From: Candidatus Gottesmanbacteria bacterium
Lineage (GTDB): Bacteria; Patescibacteriota; Microgenomatia; UBA10105; UBA927
DNA: 64,000 nt
Assembly (NCBI GenBank): GCA_963714095.1
Contig: OY970230.1
Coordinates: 895,907 to 959,906 of the forward strand
Reading direction: 5' to 3'
The notes beneath the pieces were generated by a model, which ran no database searches, had not been told where the DNA came from, and worked only from the letters and a program-made list of their open reading frames with translations. Made by a program: the position numbers and the translations under genes. This document shows positions 50,402-60,870 of this stretch, one piece after another (the first letter of the stretch is position 1; each line of letters starts with the position of its first letter).

Positions 50402-50980
50402 CACGGCCCGCGGGTAGGAGAAGTCGACAGGAATTTCGCGGGCCGTATTCCATTTATCAACGTAGTTTAACTTTCTATGTGTCACGCCGTAGTCATAGAG
50501 GTCACGCGTGAGGATGACATCAGCCTCGCAATAGTGCTTCAACTTGGCTAAACTTTCCGGCGAGTGTTCTTTCCAGTAGAGGACGGCATTTGTCCCGATA
50601 TCGGTTTTATGTGCTCCGAGCGTTTGGGTAGCCAGATGGTCAAGTCCGAGAGAAAACCCCAGCGTGTCACGGACGATTTTCATGATGTCGAAATGCGGAA
50701 GCTTTTCAAACCCGGTAGGCGAGTATTTTTTTAATGCCGGCACGTCAAATTTTACGGAATTGAATCCAATAATTCTTTGGGCGCCGCTAAAATGTTTCCA
50801 CATGCCGTCGAGTTCGTGTTCCCAAAAACTATACATTGTCCCCTGGATTTCATTTTGGAAATCATCCACAGTCCGCACGTAGAGGGATACGACGGAAATG
50901 CCCAAGTCGCCGGGATCGCCGCCCACGATTTCGTTAAACAATTTTTGCGTTTCGCAATCGAAAACTACTTCAGTAATCAT
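50369..50980 (-). CDS. DEDD-family 3'-5' exonuclease (RNase H-like fold).
   Basis: FDCET (Exo I), an internal D, and YCEADV (Exo III-like) motifs. Confidence 0.6.
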   Translation of the reverse strand: MITEVVFDCETQKLFNEIVGGDPGDLGISVVSLYVRTVDDFQNEIQGTMYSFWEHELDGMWKHFSGAQRIIGFNSVKFDVPALKKYSPTGFEKLPHFDIMKIVRDTLGFSLGLDHLATQTLGAHKTDIGTNAVLYWKEHSPESLAKLKHYCEADVILTRDLYDYGVTHRKLNYVDKWNTAREIPVDFSYPRAVLDASKQIGLF

Positions 50981-51001
50981 AGTTTAGGGTATAATGATAG
51001 C

Positions 51002-51757
51002 ATGAAACCTACCCGTGATACATCCTGGCACAATGTGGGGAAGTGGTACAACGAAAAAGTCGGCGATCGCGGCAGCTATTATCATGAACACGTGGTCTTG
51101 CCCGGCGTCCTCCGTTTATTACAATTAAACCAGAATTCTTCTCTTCTGGATATGGCGTGCGGTCAGGGTGTTTTAGGAAGGCAGATTCCTAAAAGCGTGA
51201 AGTATGTCGGGGTTGATGCTGCGGCGTCCCTCATTACATTTGCCAAAAAATCGGATCGCAATCCCAACCATCAGTTTTTGGTCGGTGACGTGACACAACC
51301 TTTACCCGTTACGGAAAAATTTACGCACGCGGCGATTATTCTTGCTCTTCAGAATATCGAGCAGCCCGAATTGGCGATTAAAAATACTGCGGAACATCTG
51401 ATAGCCGGCGGGAAATTAGTTATCGTTTTAAATCATCCGGCATTCCGTATTCCGCGGCAGTCAAATTGGGGGATTGATGGACAAAGTAAACTCCAATACC
51501 GGAGGGAAAATATCTACATGTCGCCTTTGAAGATTCCGATTACGATGCACCCCGGGTCGGGAAGCGGATTAACCTGGTCATTCCACGAGCCGATTTCTGC
51601 CTATACCAAAATGCTTGCCGAGAATCATTTTGTGATTGAATATCTTGAAGAATGGACGTCGGATAAAGAAAGTGTCGGGAAGGTAGGAAAAATGGAAAAC
51701 CGGTCGCGTACCGAGTTCCCGCTGTTTTTGGCAATCGCTGCGCGAAAAGATCGATAA
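51002..51757 (+). CDS. Class I SAM-dependent methyltransferase.
   Basis: LDMACGQG motif I. Start set at the internal Met preceded by TATAAT; the longer ORF overlaps the exonuclease gene. Confidence 0.7.
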   Translation: MKPTRDTSWHNVGKWYNEKVGDRGSYYHEHVVLPGVLRLLQLNQNSSLLDMACGQGVLGRQIPKSVKYVGVDAAASLITFAKKSDRNPNHQFLVGDVTQPLPVTEKFTHAAIILALQNIEQPELAIKNTAEHLIAGGKLVIVLNHPAFRIPRQSNWGIDGQSKLQYRRENIYMSPLKIPITMHPGSGSGLTWSFHEPISAYTKMLAENHFVIEYLEEWTSDKESVGKVGKMENRSRTEFPLFLAIAARKDR

Positions 51758-51771
51758 GTTTGAAATTTTTC

Positions 51772-52857
51772 TTATTTTGCGGTCAGTGCCGCAATAGCTG
51801 CACCAGTGAGCTCTGCATTCTCAAAGGCATCTCTGGATTTAAATGTTGCATGAGGTTGGCCTATATATGTTTCCAATAGTCGGGTTACCCTCTGTGCAAA
51901 TGCAGGAACTTCAAATCCTCCTCCGTGATACACGATAGTAGTTTCTCTTGGTTTTAGGCGAAGTGCTGATTCTTCCAACGCAATTGTTTGAGCGAGGGCC
52001 ACGGCGGAAGCATTATAGAGGTTAGCTGCGAATTCATTCCCTTGTTGATACAGTGCGCTTATTTCCCGACCGTCAAGCCGTTTGCCTGTTATTTGACGAT
52101 ACGTTCCTTCTACACCCGCGCCGCTTGCGGCAATTCTTTCGATACAGGTATACGTTGCGCCGTTGACACCGCAGGGTTCTATTCGATGAAAAGGATTGAG
52201 ATCGTCCGGCGCTATTAAATGTCCGGGTTCAGATGCGAGAATATGCCATTCGTCAGATGATACGTCTTTTGTTAATACGGCAAGTCCAAATCCTTTGCCG
52301 TCGATAACAAATAAAACATTCTTCACATTCGGATTCCTTTTAAATGCTTCCAGTCCTGTCGATTTTACTCCAGCAACGGCATCGTTATTTAATACGACAC
52401 GGGAAGCAGGAAATAATCGCGCAAAGTCTCCGCCGAATTGTTTTCGAAGCTGGCTGGTAAACGTCCGTGCATTCGGCGAATCCGCCAGAATGGTTCCGTC
52501 AAGAATTCCGGCGCAGCTGATTCCGATAAACGGAGTTTGCTCTGATGTCCGCAAAAAATTTAAATACGTGTCTCCGTCCGATCCTTTTTCGGTGTCAGTT
52601 TCAGAAACCGATGTTAATACGCCGGACTTGACGCGGAATTTCCGCCGCGCCACTTTATCTCCGCCGATATCAATTCCTGTGACAAGTTGTCCTTCATGTT
52701 TGGCAATAATTGCATTGATATTTTCCGGATCAAATATTTCTATTGTTTTGACGCGCAGCGACTCCAAGGTAAGCGCGCGTTTAAGCTCCGATGAGATTGG
52801 GGGCGTTTCGCTAACTAATAAAGGATTAATGTCAGGACTCGCCGGTTCGTGTCGCAT
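51772..52857 (-). CDS. ROK/BadF-type sugar kinase-like ATPase.
   Basis: TGIDIGGDKV phosphate-1 motif of the ASKHA fold. Start chosen downstream of the msrB overlap. Confidence 0.5.
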   Translation of the reverse strand: MRHEPASPDINPLLVSETPPISSELKRALTLESLRVKTIEIFDPENINAIIAKHEGQLVTGIDIGGDKVARRKFRVKSGVLTSVSETDTEKGSDGDTYLNFLRTSEQTPFIGISCAGILDGTILADSPNARTFTSQLRKQFGGDFARLFPASRVVLNNDAVAGVKSTGLEAFKRNPNVKNVLFVIDGKGFGLAVLTKDVSSDEWHILASEPGHLIAPDDLNPFHRIEPCGVNGATYTCIERIAASGAGVEGTYRQITGKRLDGREISALYQQGNEFAANLYNASAVALAQTIALEESALRLKPRETTIVYHGGGFEVPAFAQRVTRLLETYIGQPHATFKSRDAFENAELTGAAIAALTAK

Positions 52858-52891
52858 GTTGTCTGGATTATATTGATAGAACGCGGAAAAG

Positions 52892-53314
52892 TCAAAAACG
52901 TAGCGGTTTAAAATCCAGCGCGAGGGAGTTAATACAATATCGAAGTCCTGTTTTGTCTTTCGGCCCATCGTTGAATACATGTCCCAGGTGAGCACCGCAA
53001 TTTACGCACATGACTTCAGTCCGAACCATTCCCATACTCGAATCTTCAGAGGTTTTTACGTTTCCGCGTGTGAGGACATCATAAAAACTTGGCCAGCCGG
53101 TGCCGCTGTCAAATTTTGTATCACTGCCGAATAACGGCGTGCCGCAAGAGACGCACACATAGGTGCCGGGTTGGTGATTATCGGTATATTTGCCGGAAAA
53201 CGGCGGCTCAGTGCCTTTCAAAAAACAGATATTGTACTGCTCGGGAGTAAGTTCGCGTTTCTTGTATGATTGGGGCGCCATATTATCGGAAAACGAGAAC
53301 GCAGAGGCCGACAA
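52892..53314 (-). CDS. msrB: Peptide-methionine (R)-S-oxide reductase MsrB.
   Basis: CxxC…CxxC zinc site and the catalytic RYCINS motif, GTGWPSF. Confidence 0.85.
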   Translation of the reverse strand: MSASAFSFSDNMAPQSYKKRELTPEQYNICFLKGTEPPFSGKYTDNHQPGTYVCVSCGTPLFGSDTKFDSGTGWPSFYDVLTRGNVKTSEDSSMGMVRTEVMCVNCGAHLGHVFNDGPKDKTGLRYCINSLALDFKPLRF

Positions 53315-53591
53315 TAATGGTAATTGCGATGAAATTAGAAAGCCCCGCGATGACGATAAACCCTAGTTCCGTGAGCACCCATGCTGTAAGAAGGATTAAC
53401 CCAATGATCCGAAGGAGAGAGGGCAACGCGCTGATAGCCCAAAGGATTGCCACAAAAATGAAGAATGCAGCAAGAGAGATTGGTTGGCTGTGGATGGTGA
53501 AGATGGTCGGATTCGGTACGCTGACACCCGGAATTTGAATATATCCGTAAAAGTAGACGAGTACCAGGAGAAGAAGAATGATTCCTATCAT
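53283..53591 (-). CDS. Small polytopic membrane protein.
   Basis: Three hydrophobic helices. Start uncertain. Confidence 0.35.
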   Translation of the reverse strand: MIGIILLLLVLVYFYGYIQIPGVSVPNPTIFTIHSQPISLAAFFIFVAILWAISALPSLLRIIGLILLTAWVLTELGFIVIAGLSNFIAITIIVGLCVLVFR

Positions 53592-53615
53592 ACTTATTTT
53601 GTACCACAAGGAGGT

Positions 53616-54263
53616 CTATGGTGACAAGTGCGTCAACTTTTCAAGTTCACCCACGGAGGCGGTGGGATTATCGGTGTCGAAGTGGTAGGTATGAAATCCC
53701 GATTTGTGTGCCTGTCGGAGGTTGAGTGCCATGTCATCAATAAGAAGTATTTCTCCGGCTTCCACCCCCGAGCGAAGTTGGGCGATGGCAAATATTTGCG
53801 GATCGGGTTTGGTTATCCCTAGTACACCGGATTCGATAATAGTTGAGAATTTCGCGTGCGGAATATGTCCGAGCGCTCTCGTTTTGGCGACGGATCCGGC
53901 CATGGCGTTTGTTAAAAGGCCGATTTTTCGCGTCCGGGATATTTTTTGGACGAACGTATGGGTTTCTTTGATAGAACGGAAACTTGTTATCCAGAGATCC
54001 ATGAAATCTATGTTCCTGCCTCGGTAGTGAAAATGCGTTGTTAGTTGCCGCCAAAATTCGTCGGCGGTGAGAGCCCCGCGGTTAAGTTCGTCATCGAGCG
54101 GTTCCCAAAAGTCACGTATGTCTTCCCTCGACACATTGAGCACATTCGCGAGGTTCGTGAGACTGCCGGAGAAGTCAAGAAGCACTCCTCCTACGTCAAA
54201 ATAGATGAATTTGATGGGTTTCTGTGTTTTTGCCTCACGATACCGTTGTGTTTTTGCTGCCAT
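53616..54263 (-). CDS. HAD-superfamily hydrolase.
   Basis: FDVGGVL (DxD/G motif I) and LIDDMALN motif IV. Confidence 0.7.
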   Translation of the reverse strand: MAAKTQRYREAKTQKPIKFIYFDVGGVLLDFSGSLTNLANVLNVSREDIRDFWEPLDDELNRGALTADEFWRQLTTHFHYRGRNIDFMDLWITSFRSIKETHTFVQKISRTRKIGLLTNAMAGSVAKTRALGHIPHAKFSTIIESGVLGITKPDPQIFAIAQLRSGVEAGEILLIDDMALNLRQAHKSGFHTYHFDTDNPTASVGELEKLTHLSP

Positions 54264-54308
54264 GCGGAAATTATAGCATGAGTACTGATAGCGAAGGTAT
54301 TTTTATCG

Positions 54309-55004
54309 ATGTGTTACAATTTTGGCATGAGTATTCAATCCGATTTACAAAAAGTAGCAAATAAAAAGAAAGCGATGTTATTGGCGCGATATTTTAAAAC
54401 GGGAAAAGGGGAGTATGGGGAGGGAGATATATTTGCTGGGATTACCGTGCCGCAGGTTCGGATTATTGCAAAAAAATGGAAAGAACTTCCTCTTGGTGGA
54501 GTCGAAAAATTGTTGCATAGTCCTATCCATGAATATCGGTTGACAGCTCTCATTATCCTTACCTACAAGAAGTTGGCGAAAGAAATCGTGGACCTGTATC
54601 TTTGCAATACGAAATACGTAAATAATTGGGATTTGGTGGATTTATCGTCGCACGAGATTTTAGGGGCATACCTTTTGGATAAACCGCGTAAGATTTTATA
54701 TTCGTTGGCACGATCAAAAAATATGTGGGAACGAAGAATCGCGGTTATATCGACGTTTGCATTCTTAAGAAAGAACGACTGTTCTGATTCGATGTCGCTA
54801 GCTGAAATACTTATTCATGATCCGCAGGATTTAATGCATAAAGCTGTGGGTTGGATGCTGCGGGAGGTAGGGAAGCGGGATGAAAAAGCGTTGGTCGATT
54901 TTTTGGCGAAACAATATAAGACGATGCCCAGAACTATGTTGCGTTATGCAATAGAAAAGTTTCCGCCCGCCATGAGGCAAAAATATTTAAAAGGAACTAT
55001 ATGA
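54309..55004 (+). CDS. DNA alkylation repair enzyme (AlkD/AlkC HEAT-like repeat family).
   Basis: Characteristic N-terminus (…ARYFKTGKGEYGEGDIFAGITVPQ…) and WxxVD motif. Confidence 0.7.
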   Translation: MCYNFGMSIQSDLQKVANKKKAMLLARYFKTGKGEYGEGDIFAGITVPQVRIIAKKWKELPLGGVEKLLHSPIHEYRLTALIILTYKKLAKEIVDLYLCNTKYVNNWDLVDLSSHEILGAYLLDKPRKILYSLARSKNMWERRIAVISTFAFLRKNDCSDSMSLAEILIHDPQDLMHKAVGWMLREVGKRDEKALVDFLAKQYKTMPRTMLRYAIEKFPPAMRQKYLKGTI

Positions 55005-55438
55005 AACAAGAACGCTTTAAAATGATCGCGTCGGGGTATCTTATATTGATTCGGGGTAGAAAGATATTATTGTCCCGCAGGTTCCAAACGGGTTATGAAG
55101 ACGGCAAGTACAGTTTGCCGGCCGGACATATTGAGGAGAACGAAACATTGACGGACGGCACCTGCCGCGAGATCCGCGAGGAAGTCGGTATTGCCTTAAA
55201 ACCATCGGATCTAAAACTTGTTCATGTCATGCACAGAAAACACTTCGATATCCGGATGGATTTTTTCTTTACGACTACTAAAAAAGGATTGAAACCCGTG
55301 AACCTCGAGCCGCAGAAATCAGATGATATGGCCTGGTACCCGCTAAACAAGCTGCCGAATAATACGATTCCATACATCCGTGCGGCGATTAAAAATTTCC
55401 AACAAGGAAATTTTTACTCTGAATTCGGTTGGAAATAA
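55001..55438 (+). CDS. NUDIX hydrolase.
   Basis: Nudix box GHIEENETLTDGTCREIREEVGI. Confidence 0.75.
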   Translation: MKQERFKMIASGYLILIRGRKILLSRRFQTGYEDGKYSLPAGHIEENETLTDGTCREIREEVGIALKPSDLKLVHVMHRKHFDIRMDFFFTTTKKGLKPVNLEPQKSDDMAWYPLNKLPNNTIPYIRAAIKNFQQGNFYSEFGWK

Positions 55439-55496
55439 CGGGTATTTGGCCTATTCTAACTTGACATTTATACCTCCTCTTTTTATACTCCTACCT

Positions 55497-55955
55497 ATGT
55501 CTCCACATGAGCAGCAGCCACGGCGGGAAAGAATGCAGCATCTTCAAATGGAAGCAATGAAACGCGTTCCTGTTATGGACTATCTTCGGCTAAGATATAC
55601 GCATGGTGAGATGCGTGATACCGGAGAATATATACAAATAGACGCCACAGAAGCCACAGTTCAATCTGTCACAAATAATCCAAAATATAGTGTGGCAGAG
55701 CATATTTCCAGGACTAGCATTTTCAGAGCGATAGTTTCCGGTATACCCTTGCAGAAATTTTTAACCACCCGTGAGGAATTCTTGAAGGCGGAAATAGAAA
55801 GTATAACGGAAAGAGGAGGGACATTTCAATCAATTGATTTTAAAGAAGGAATGGGAGAAGACGTACGTAAAAGGTTGGAAATTTTGGTATCGGATATGAA
55901 TTTAACAAAACGTGTTGACGCAGCCGCAAACCTCAAGCCTTCTTCAGTAACTTAA
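55497..55955 (+). CDS. Hypothetical protein.
   Basis: ORF with the start set at the internal Met to avoid overlap. Confidence 0.35.
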   Translation: MSPHEQQPRRERMQHLQMEAMKRVPVMDYLRLRYTHGEMRDTGEYIQIDATEATVQSVTNNPKYSVAEHISRTSIFRAIVSGIPLQKFLTTREEFLKAEIESITERGGTFQSIDFKEGMGEDVRKRLEILVSDMNLTKRVDAAANLKPSSVT

Positions 55956-58407
55956 ATCCCTCAAACCACAGGACGCTGACAAGCATGACCGGGACGATCA
56001 GCAAAAAGTCAGTAAGCCGCAAAGGTGCAAGGTGGAATAAGTCGGATAGGGATGGAATATAGAGTATCGCGGCAAGACATCCGAGCGCTGCAGCAATGAC
56101 TATACCTAATGCGCGGTTCGGGCTTTGAAGTATTTGGAGAACATTTTTCCTCCAGGAAAGGTTGACGACGATAAGCAGTAAATTTGACAATACAAGCGAT
56201 GTAAATGCGATGGAGCGGACTGCTGCGTCGCTTCTGCCTGATTTAGTCGCAATGAGCAGAAGTGCAAATGTGGCGATGAGAACTATGAATCCCTGAAGCG
56301 CTAAAATCGTAACCCGTTTCGGATTAAACATGGGTTGGGTAAGATCTCTCGGTGGACGTTTCATGATACGGTCGTCCTCCTTTTCCGATTCAAAGACTAT
56401 AGAGCAGGATGGATCAATAATGAGCTCCAAAAACGCGATATGCGCCGGCAGCAGTACCACCGGTAAGTTAAAAAGTAGCGGCAGGAGCGCTATACCCGCG
56501 ATAGGAATATGCACAGCCACAATGTACCCCATGGCACTGGTGAGATTATCAAAAATTCTTCTTCCAAGGCGGACCGCCGCAACAATGGAAGAAAAATCAT
56601 CGTTTAATAAAACCAATGAGGCGGCTTCACGGGCGACATCGGTTCCTCGTTCTCCCATGGCAATGCCGATATTCGCGGATTTTAATGCAGGCGCATCGTT
56701 GACCCCGTCTCCGGTCATTGCAACAATCTCACCGTTAGCCTTCAGTGCATTAACGATTGCCAGTTTTTGCTCCGGCATGATCCGGGCAAAGACATTCGTG
56801 GTTTTAATGCGTTTGCGTAACTCCTGCTGATCCATTTTTGCCAGGTTATCACCGGTTATAAAGGTTTCGGGATTTTTGATACCGACTTCTTTGGCTATAA
56901 ACTGTGCCGTGCCGGGATAGTCGCCTGTCATGACGATCACACGCATACCGGCTTCATATGCTTCCTGTACTGCACCGGCCGCACTGGGGCGGGGGGGATC
57001 GATAAATCCCAGAAGACCGACAAACTCAAATGTATAATCATGCTGATTTTTCGGAAGCGCGCTTTTGATGTACACCGCCCTGGCGACTCCTAATACCCGC
57101 AATCCTTTTTCGGACATTGATGTCACGTGCTTCAGGATTTCAGTGCATTTTTTAGCAGGAACGTGGCATAAATTAAGTATCGCTTCAGGAGCTCCTTTAG
57201 AGGCGACAGCGAATTTTTTGTTTTCAGACATCTGCCAGACGTGGGAAAAGGCCAGGAATTCGCGAGACAATGGGTATTCTTTCACCAGGTTCCAGTCTCC
57301 GTGTAAATGCCGTGTATTTTTAAGATACAGATCACCCATTTTTCTGAGCTCCGTTTCAATAGGGTCAAAGGGGTCCTTCTCGCTGGCAAGGATTCCGAAC
57401 TCCAATAACGGGTGAAATTTCCCCGGGAGATCTGTGGAAGCGAAATTACTGAGTTCATAAAATGATCCGTCGGCGTAGAGGCTGGTGAGTTCCATTTTGT
57501 TCATAGTCAGTGTGCCGGTTTTGTCGGTACAAAGGACTGTCGCTGCCCCGAGCGTTTCGATTGCAGCGGGCCGGCGGGTTAAAACTTTCCGCTTGGAAAT
57601 ACGCCAGGCCCCGAGGGTGAGAAATACAATAAGGACAACTGGAAATTCTTCCGGAAGCAGAGCCATGCTGAGGGTGAGCCCTGCCAGCAACCCCTGTATG
57701 AAATTGCCTTTTATAAATGCATAAATAAGAACAATGAGACTGCAAAGACTAATACCTATAATTGTCATGGAGCGGACCAGTGTTGCGGTCTCTTTTTGAA
57801 GAAGCGTATCTTCGTCTTTAATAGAACCCAGACTTTTTCCGATTTTACCTATTTCCGTATACGGGCCGGTAGCGCTCACTTCGGCTATGCCCCTGCCGCT
57901 CACCACCAAGGAACTCGAGTAGAGAAATGCATTGCTGTCTTTCAGGATTGGTATAGACTCGCCGGTGAGAAGGGATTCATCAACGGAAAGATTTTCACAG
58001 GACACGATGCACGCGTCGGCCGGAATCCGGTCACCCTCGCGGATAACGATGAGATCTCCGCGGACGACCTCCCGTCCGGGAATACGCCGCTCCCGACCAT
58101 CCCGGATAACCAGCGCCCTTGGGCTTGATAAATTTTTGAGTGCTTCGAGTGTCTTTTCCGTTTTCTTTTCCTGGTAAAACGTAATAGAAATAACGACTAC
58201 AACAAAGGATAACAGCATGAACGCGTCCCTGGGTTCGCCTAAGAATACATAGATTATTCCGCACCCGAGAAGTAACAGGAGCATCGGTTCGGAAAGAACT
58301 TTAAGAAGAAGCACAAAATTGCTTTGCGATTTTTGGGAAGGCAGTTCGTTATATCCGTCAGCCGTGAGTATCGCCGCTGCTTCAGTTTCAGTTAATCCAC
58401 TCGTCAT
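55933..58407 (-). CDS. P-type ATPase (cation-transporting, Ca2+/type II-like).
   Basis: CTDKTGTLT phosphorylation motif, MTGDGVNDAPAL hinge, about 10 TM helices. Confidence 0.8.
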   Translation of the reverse strand: MTSGLTETEAAAILTADGYNELPSQKSQSNFVLLLKVLSEPMLLLLLGCGIIYVFLGEPRDAFMLLSFVVVVISITFYQEKKTEKTLEALKNLSSPRALVIRDGRERRIPGREVVRGDLIVIREGDRIPADACIVSCENLSVDESLLTGESIPILKDSNAFLYSSSLVVSGRGIAEVSATGPYTEIGKIGKSLGSIKDEDTLLQKETATLVRSMTIIGISLCSLIVLIYAFIKGNFIQGLLAGLTLSMALLPEEFPVVLIVFLTLGAWRISKRKVLTRRPAAIETLGAATVLCTDKTGTLTMNKMELTSLYADGSFYELSNFASTDLPGKFHPLLEFGILASEKDPFDPIETELRKMGDLYLKNTRHLHGDWNLVKEYPLSREFLAFSHVWQMSENKKFAVASKGAPEAILNLCHVPAKKCTEILKHVTSMSEKGLRVLGVARAVYIKSALPKNQHDYTFEFVGLLGFIDPPRPSAAGAVQEAYEAGMRVIVMTGDYPGTAQFIAKEVGIKNPETFITGDNLAKMDQQELRKRIKTTNVFARIMPEQKLAIVNALKANGEIVAMTGDGVNDAPALKSANIGIAMGERGTDVAREAASLVLLNDDFSSIVAAVRLGRRIFDNLTSAMGYIVAVHIPIAGIALLPLLFNLPVVLLPAHIAFLELIIDPSCSIVFESEKEDDRIMKRPPRDLTQPMFNPKRVTILALQGFIVLIATFALLLIATKSGRSDAAVRSIAFTSLVLSNLLLIVVNLSWRKNVLQILQSPNRALGIVIAAALGCLAAILYIPSLSDLFHLAPLRLTDFLLIVPVMLVSVLWFEGFKLLKKA

Positions 58408-58432
58408 ACCTTGTATGATAGCAAAAATTTGA

Positions 58433-58448
58433 TGCTATACTAAATTTA
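58433..58448 (+). promoter_or_regulatory. Extended -10 promoter element TGCTATACT placed 7 nt upstream of the P-type ATPase ATG (putative leaderless mRNA).
   Basis: aTGcTATACTaaattta-ATG. Confidence 0.45.
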
Positions 58449-60854
58449 ATGAGTGATACTGCTCTTGAGGGACTCCGGGAAGACGAAGCAAAGTCACGTT
58501 TGCTTCGCTTCGGCCCCAATACGCTTGCCGAACAAAAACATACGTCTCTCGTCGGGCGATTTCTGGAAAAATTACTGAACCCGCTTATTATTCTCCTTTT
58601 GGTTGCAGGATTACTTTCGGCGATTCTCAAACAGACATCGGACTTCATTATTATTTGTGTTATTACGCTCGTGAGTATCAGCATGGATGTCTATCAGGAA
58701 ACGACAGCAGAAGGGGCGGCAGATAAACTAAGGAAACGGGTATCATTGACTGCGACAGCCATCCGCGACGGCGTCAAAAAAGAGATTCCGCTTGCATCTC
58801 TTGTGCCGGACGACGTGATTTTTTTATCTGTCGGTGATATTGTACCGGCGGACGCGCGTGTTGTTACATGCCGGGATTTACTGGTTGATGAATCGACGCT
58901 GACAGGGGAATCATATCCCAAAGAAAAATCAGTAAATACTCTGGTACTTATGGGAACGAATGTGGTGACCGGCGAGGCACAGGCGTTGGTCACAGGAACC
59001 GGAAAAAATACACAGTTAGGACATATTTCCGATCATCTGGTTGCGCCCCGTCCCAAAACGGAATTCGAAAAGGGAATTGCCCGCTTCGGCATGTTTCTCA
59101 TGAAGACAGCAATTATTTTCGGGATATTCGTCTTTATCGTGCACGTCCTTTTAGCTCATGAACTTTTTGTATCTGTTTTGTTTGTTCTGGCGATCGTTAT
59201 CGGGTTTGCGCCGGAAATGCTCCCTATGATTATCACGATTAATCTGTCTCGGGGAGCTATACGCATGTCCCGTAAGGGCGTCATCGTGAAAAGCCTGCCG
59301 TCGATTGAAAATTTCGGCAGTATGGATATACTGGCGACCGATAAAACAGGAACACTGACTGAAAATAAAATTATTCTCGAGCGGTATGAAGACGCGTCGG
59401 GTAAGTCGAGTGAGAAAGTGCTGCAATACGGGTACATCGGCAGCATTTTCCAGTCAGGGTTCCGCGGGCCGATGGAAGAGGCTATTCTTGCCCACAAAGA
59501 AGCGGCCCGGCACGGGTTTAAACGCATCGATGTCGTTCCTTTCGATTTTTTCCGCAAACGCGTTTCGGTAGTTGTCGCTCAGGCGCGCCAGCGTCTCCTT
59601 ATTACGAAAGGCGCACCCGAAGATATCATTCGTATATCTACATTATCGCCGGCTGAAAGAAAAAAGGCGTTACAACGGTTGGACGGGTATGGGAGGGAGG
59701 GGTTTCGCGTGCTGGGGGTAGCCTTCAGGGAGGTCACGGATAAAAAGTCGTATGACGCGAAAGACGAAGACGAGCTCACATTTTTGGGATTTATGGTTTT
59801 TTTGGACCCGCCGAAAAAAACCGTTGTCGATGCATTAAAGCGCCTGACATATCATCATGTGGCGATTAAAATTTTAACCGGAGACAGCGACATTGTAACC
59901 TCGACCATTTGTAAACAAATAGGACTGACGGTCGTCGGTATTGCCAAAAGCGAGGACGTGGATCGGGCCAGCGATAGCGAGCTTCGCCTTTTAGTCGAAA
60001 AAACCACGATATTTTCACGGTTGAACCCCGATCTTAAAGTCCGTGTCATTGCGGCACTGCGCGCCAACGGTCATGTCGTGGGGTACATGGGTGACGGCAT
60101 CAACGATGCGCCGTCGCTTCGGGCTGCGGACATTGGGATATCGGTAAATAACGCAGCGGATGTGGCTAAATTATCGGCGGATATCATTCTTCTTCATAAA
60201 GATCTGCACGTGCTGCTGGACGGGGTCTCGGAGGGAAGAGTAACGTTCGCTAATGTTCTCAAATATCTCAAAATGAACATTTCCTCCGATTTCGGCAACA
60301 TGGTCAGTGTTGCCGTGGCGTCTATCTTTCTGCCCTTTTTGCCGATGCTGCCCGTTCAGGTACTTCTTAATGATCTTCTCTACGATGTATCGCAGATTAC
60401 TCTTGCGGGTGACCGAGTGGATGTGCGCTATCTTACCCGTCCGCACCGGTGGGATGTGGCAGGCATCCGTAAGTTTATGGTGGTATTCGGTCCTGCCAGT
60501 TCACTGTTTGATCTGGTGACATTCGGTATCCTGCTTTGGATTTTTCATGCGGAACCGGCGTTTTTCCAGACAGGGTGGTTTTTGGAGTCCCTTGTTACGC
60601 AGACGCTGATTATTTTCAGCATCCGCACTGCGGTTGTACCGTTTTACCGGAGTCATACCAGTCGTTTATTTACAGTTTCCCTTATAGCAATCGTTGGTGT
60701 TGCATTACTGTTACCATTCAGTCCTTTGGCCGGGGCATTTTCATTTGTGCGTCTGCCGCCGGTATTTTTCGTTATTCTTGCGGGTCTGGTCGCCGCATAT
60801 TTCATGCTTGCTGAAGCCCTGAAACAGTGGTTTTACAAAATTGCTGATATATAG
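58449..60854 (+). CDS. P-type ATPase (MgtA-like Mg2+-transporting type).
   Basis: ATDKTGTLT, MGDGINDAPSL. Preceded by the TGCTATACTAAATTTA motif. Confidence 0.8.
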   Translation: MSDTALEGLREDEAKSRLLRFGPNTLAEQKHTSLVGRFLEKLLNPLIILLLVAGLLSAILKQTSDFIIICVITLVSISMDVYQETTAEGAADKLRKRVSLTATAIRDGVKKEIPLASLVPDDVIFLSVGDIVPADARVVTCRDLLVDESTLTGESYPKEKSVNTLVLMGTNVVTGEAQALVTGTGKNTQLGHISDHLVAPRPKTEFEKGIARFGMFLMKTAIIFGIFVFIVHVLLAHELFVSVLFVLAIVIGFAPEMLPMIITINLSRGAIRMSRKGVIVKSLPSIENFGSMDILATDKTGTLTENKIILERYEDASGKSSEKVLQYGYIGSIFQSGFRGPMEEAILAHKEAARHGFKRIDVVPFDFFRKRVSVVVAQARQRLLITKGAPEDIIRISTLSPAERKKALQRLDGYGREGFRVLGVAFREVTDKKSYDAKDEDELTFLGFMVFLDPPKKTVVDALKRLTYHHVAIKILTGDSDIVTSTICKQIGLTVVGIAKSEDVDRASDSELRLLVEKTTIFSRLNPDLKVRVIAALRANGHVVGYMGDGINDAPSLRAADIGISVNNAADVAKLSADIILLHKDLHVLLDGVSEGRVTFANVLKYLKMNISSDFGNMVSVAVASIFLPFLPMLPVQVLLNDLLYDVSQITLAGDRVDVRYLTRPHRWDVAGIRKFMVVFGPASSLFDLVTFGILLWIFHAEPAFFQTGWFLESLVTQTLIIFSIRTAVVPFYRSHTSRLFTVSLIAIVGVALLLPFSPLAGAFSFVRLPPVFFVILAGLVAAYFMLAEALKQWFYKIADI

Positions 60855-60870
60855 ATGGTATAATAGCCTC

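Noticed and set aside
52196-52876. 226-aa plus-strand ORF antisense to the ROK-type kinase gene.
   Set aside because: Low-complexity Ser/Pro-rich translation with no motif. The opposite strand has a recognisable ATPase motif.
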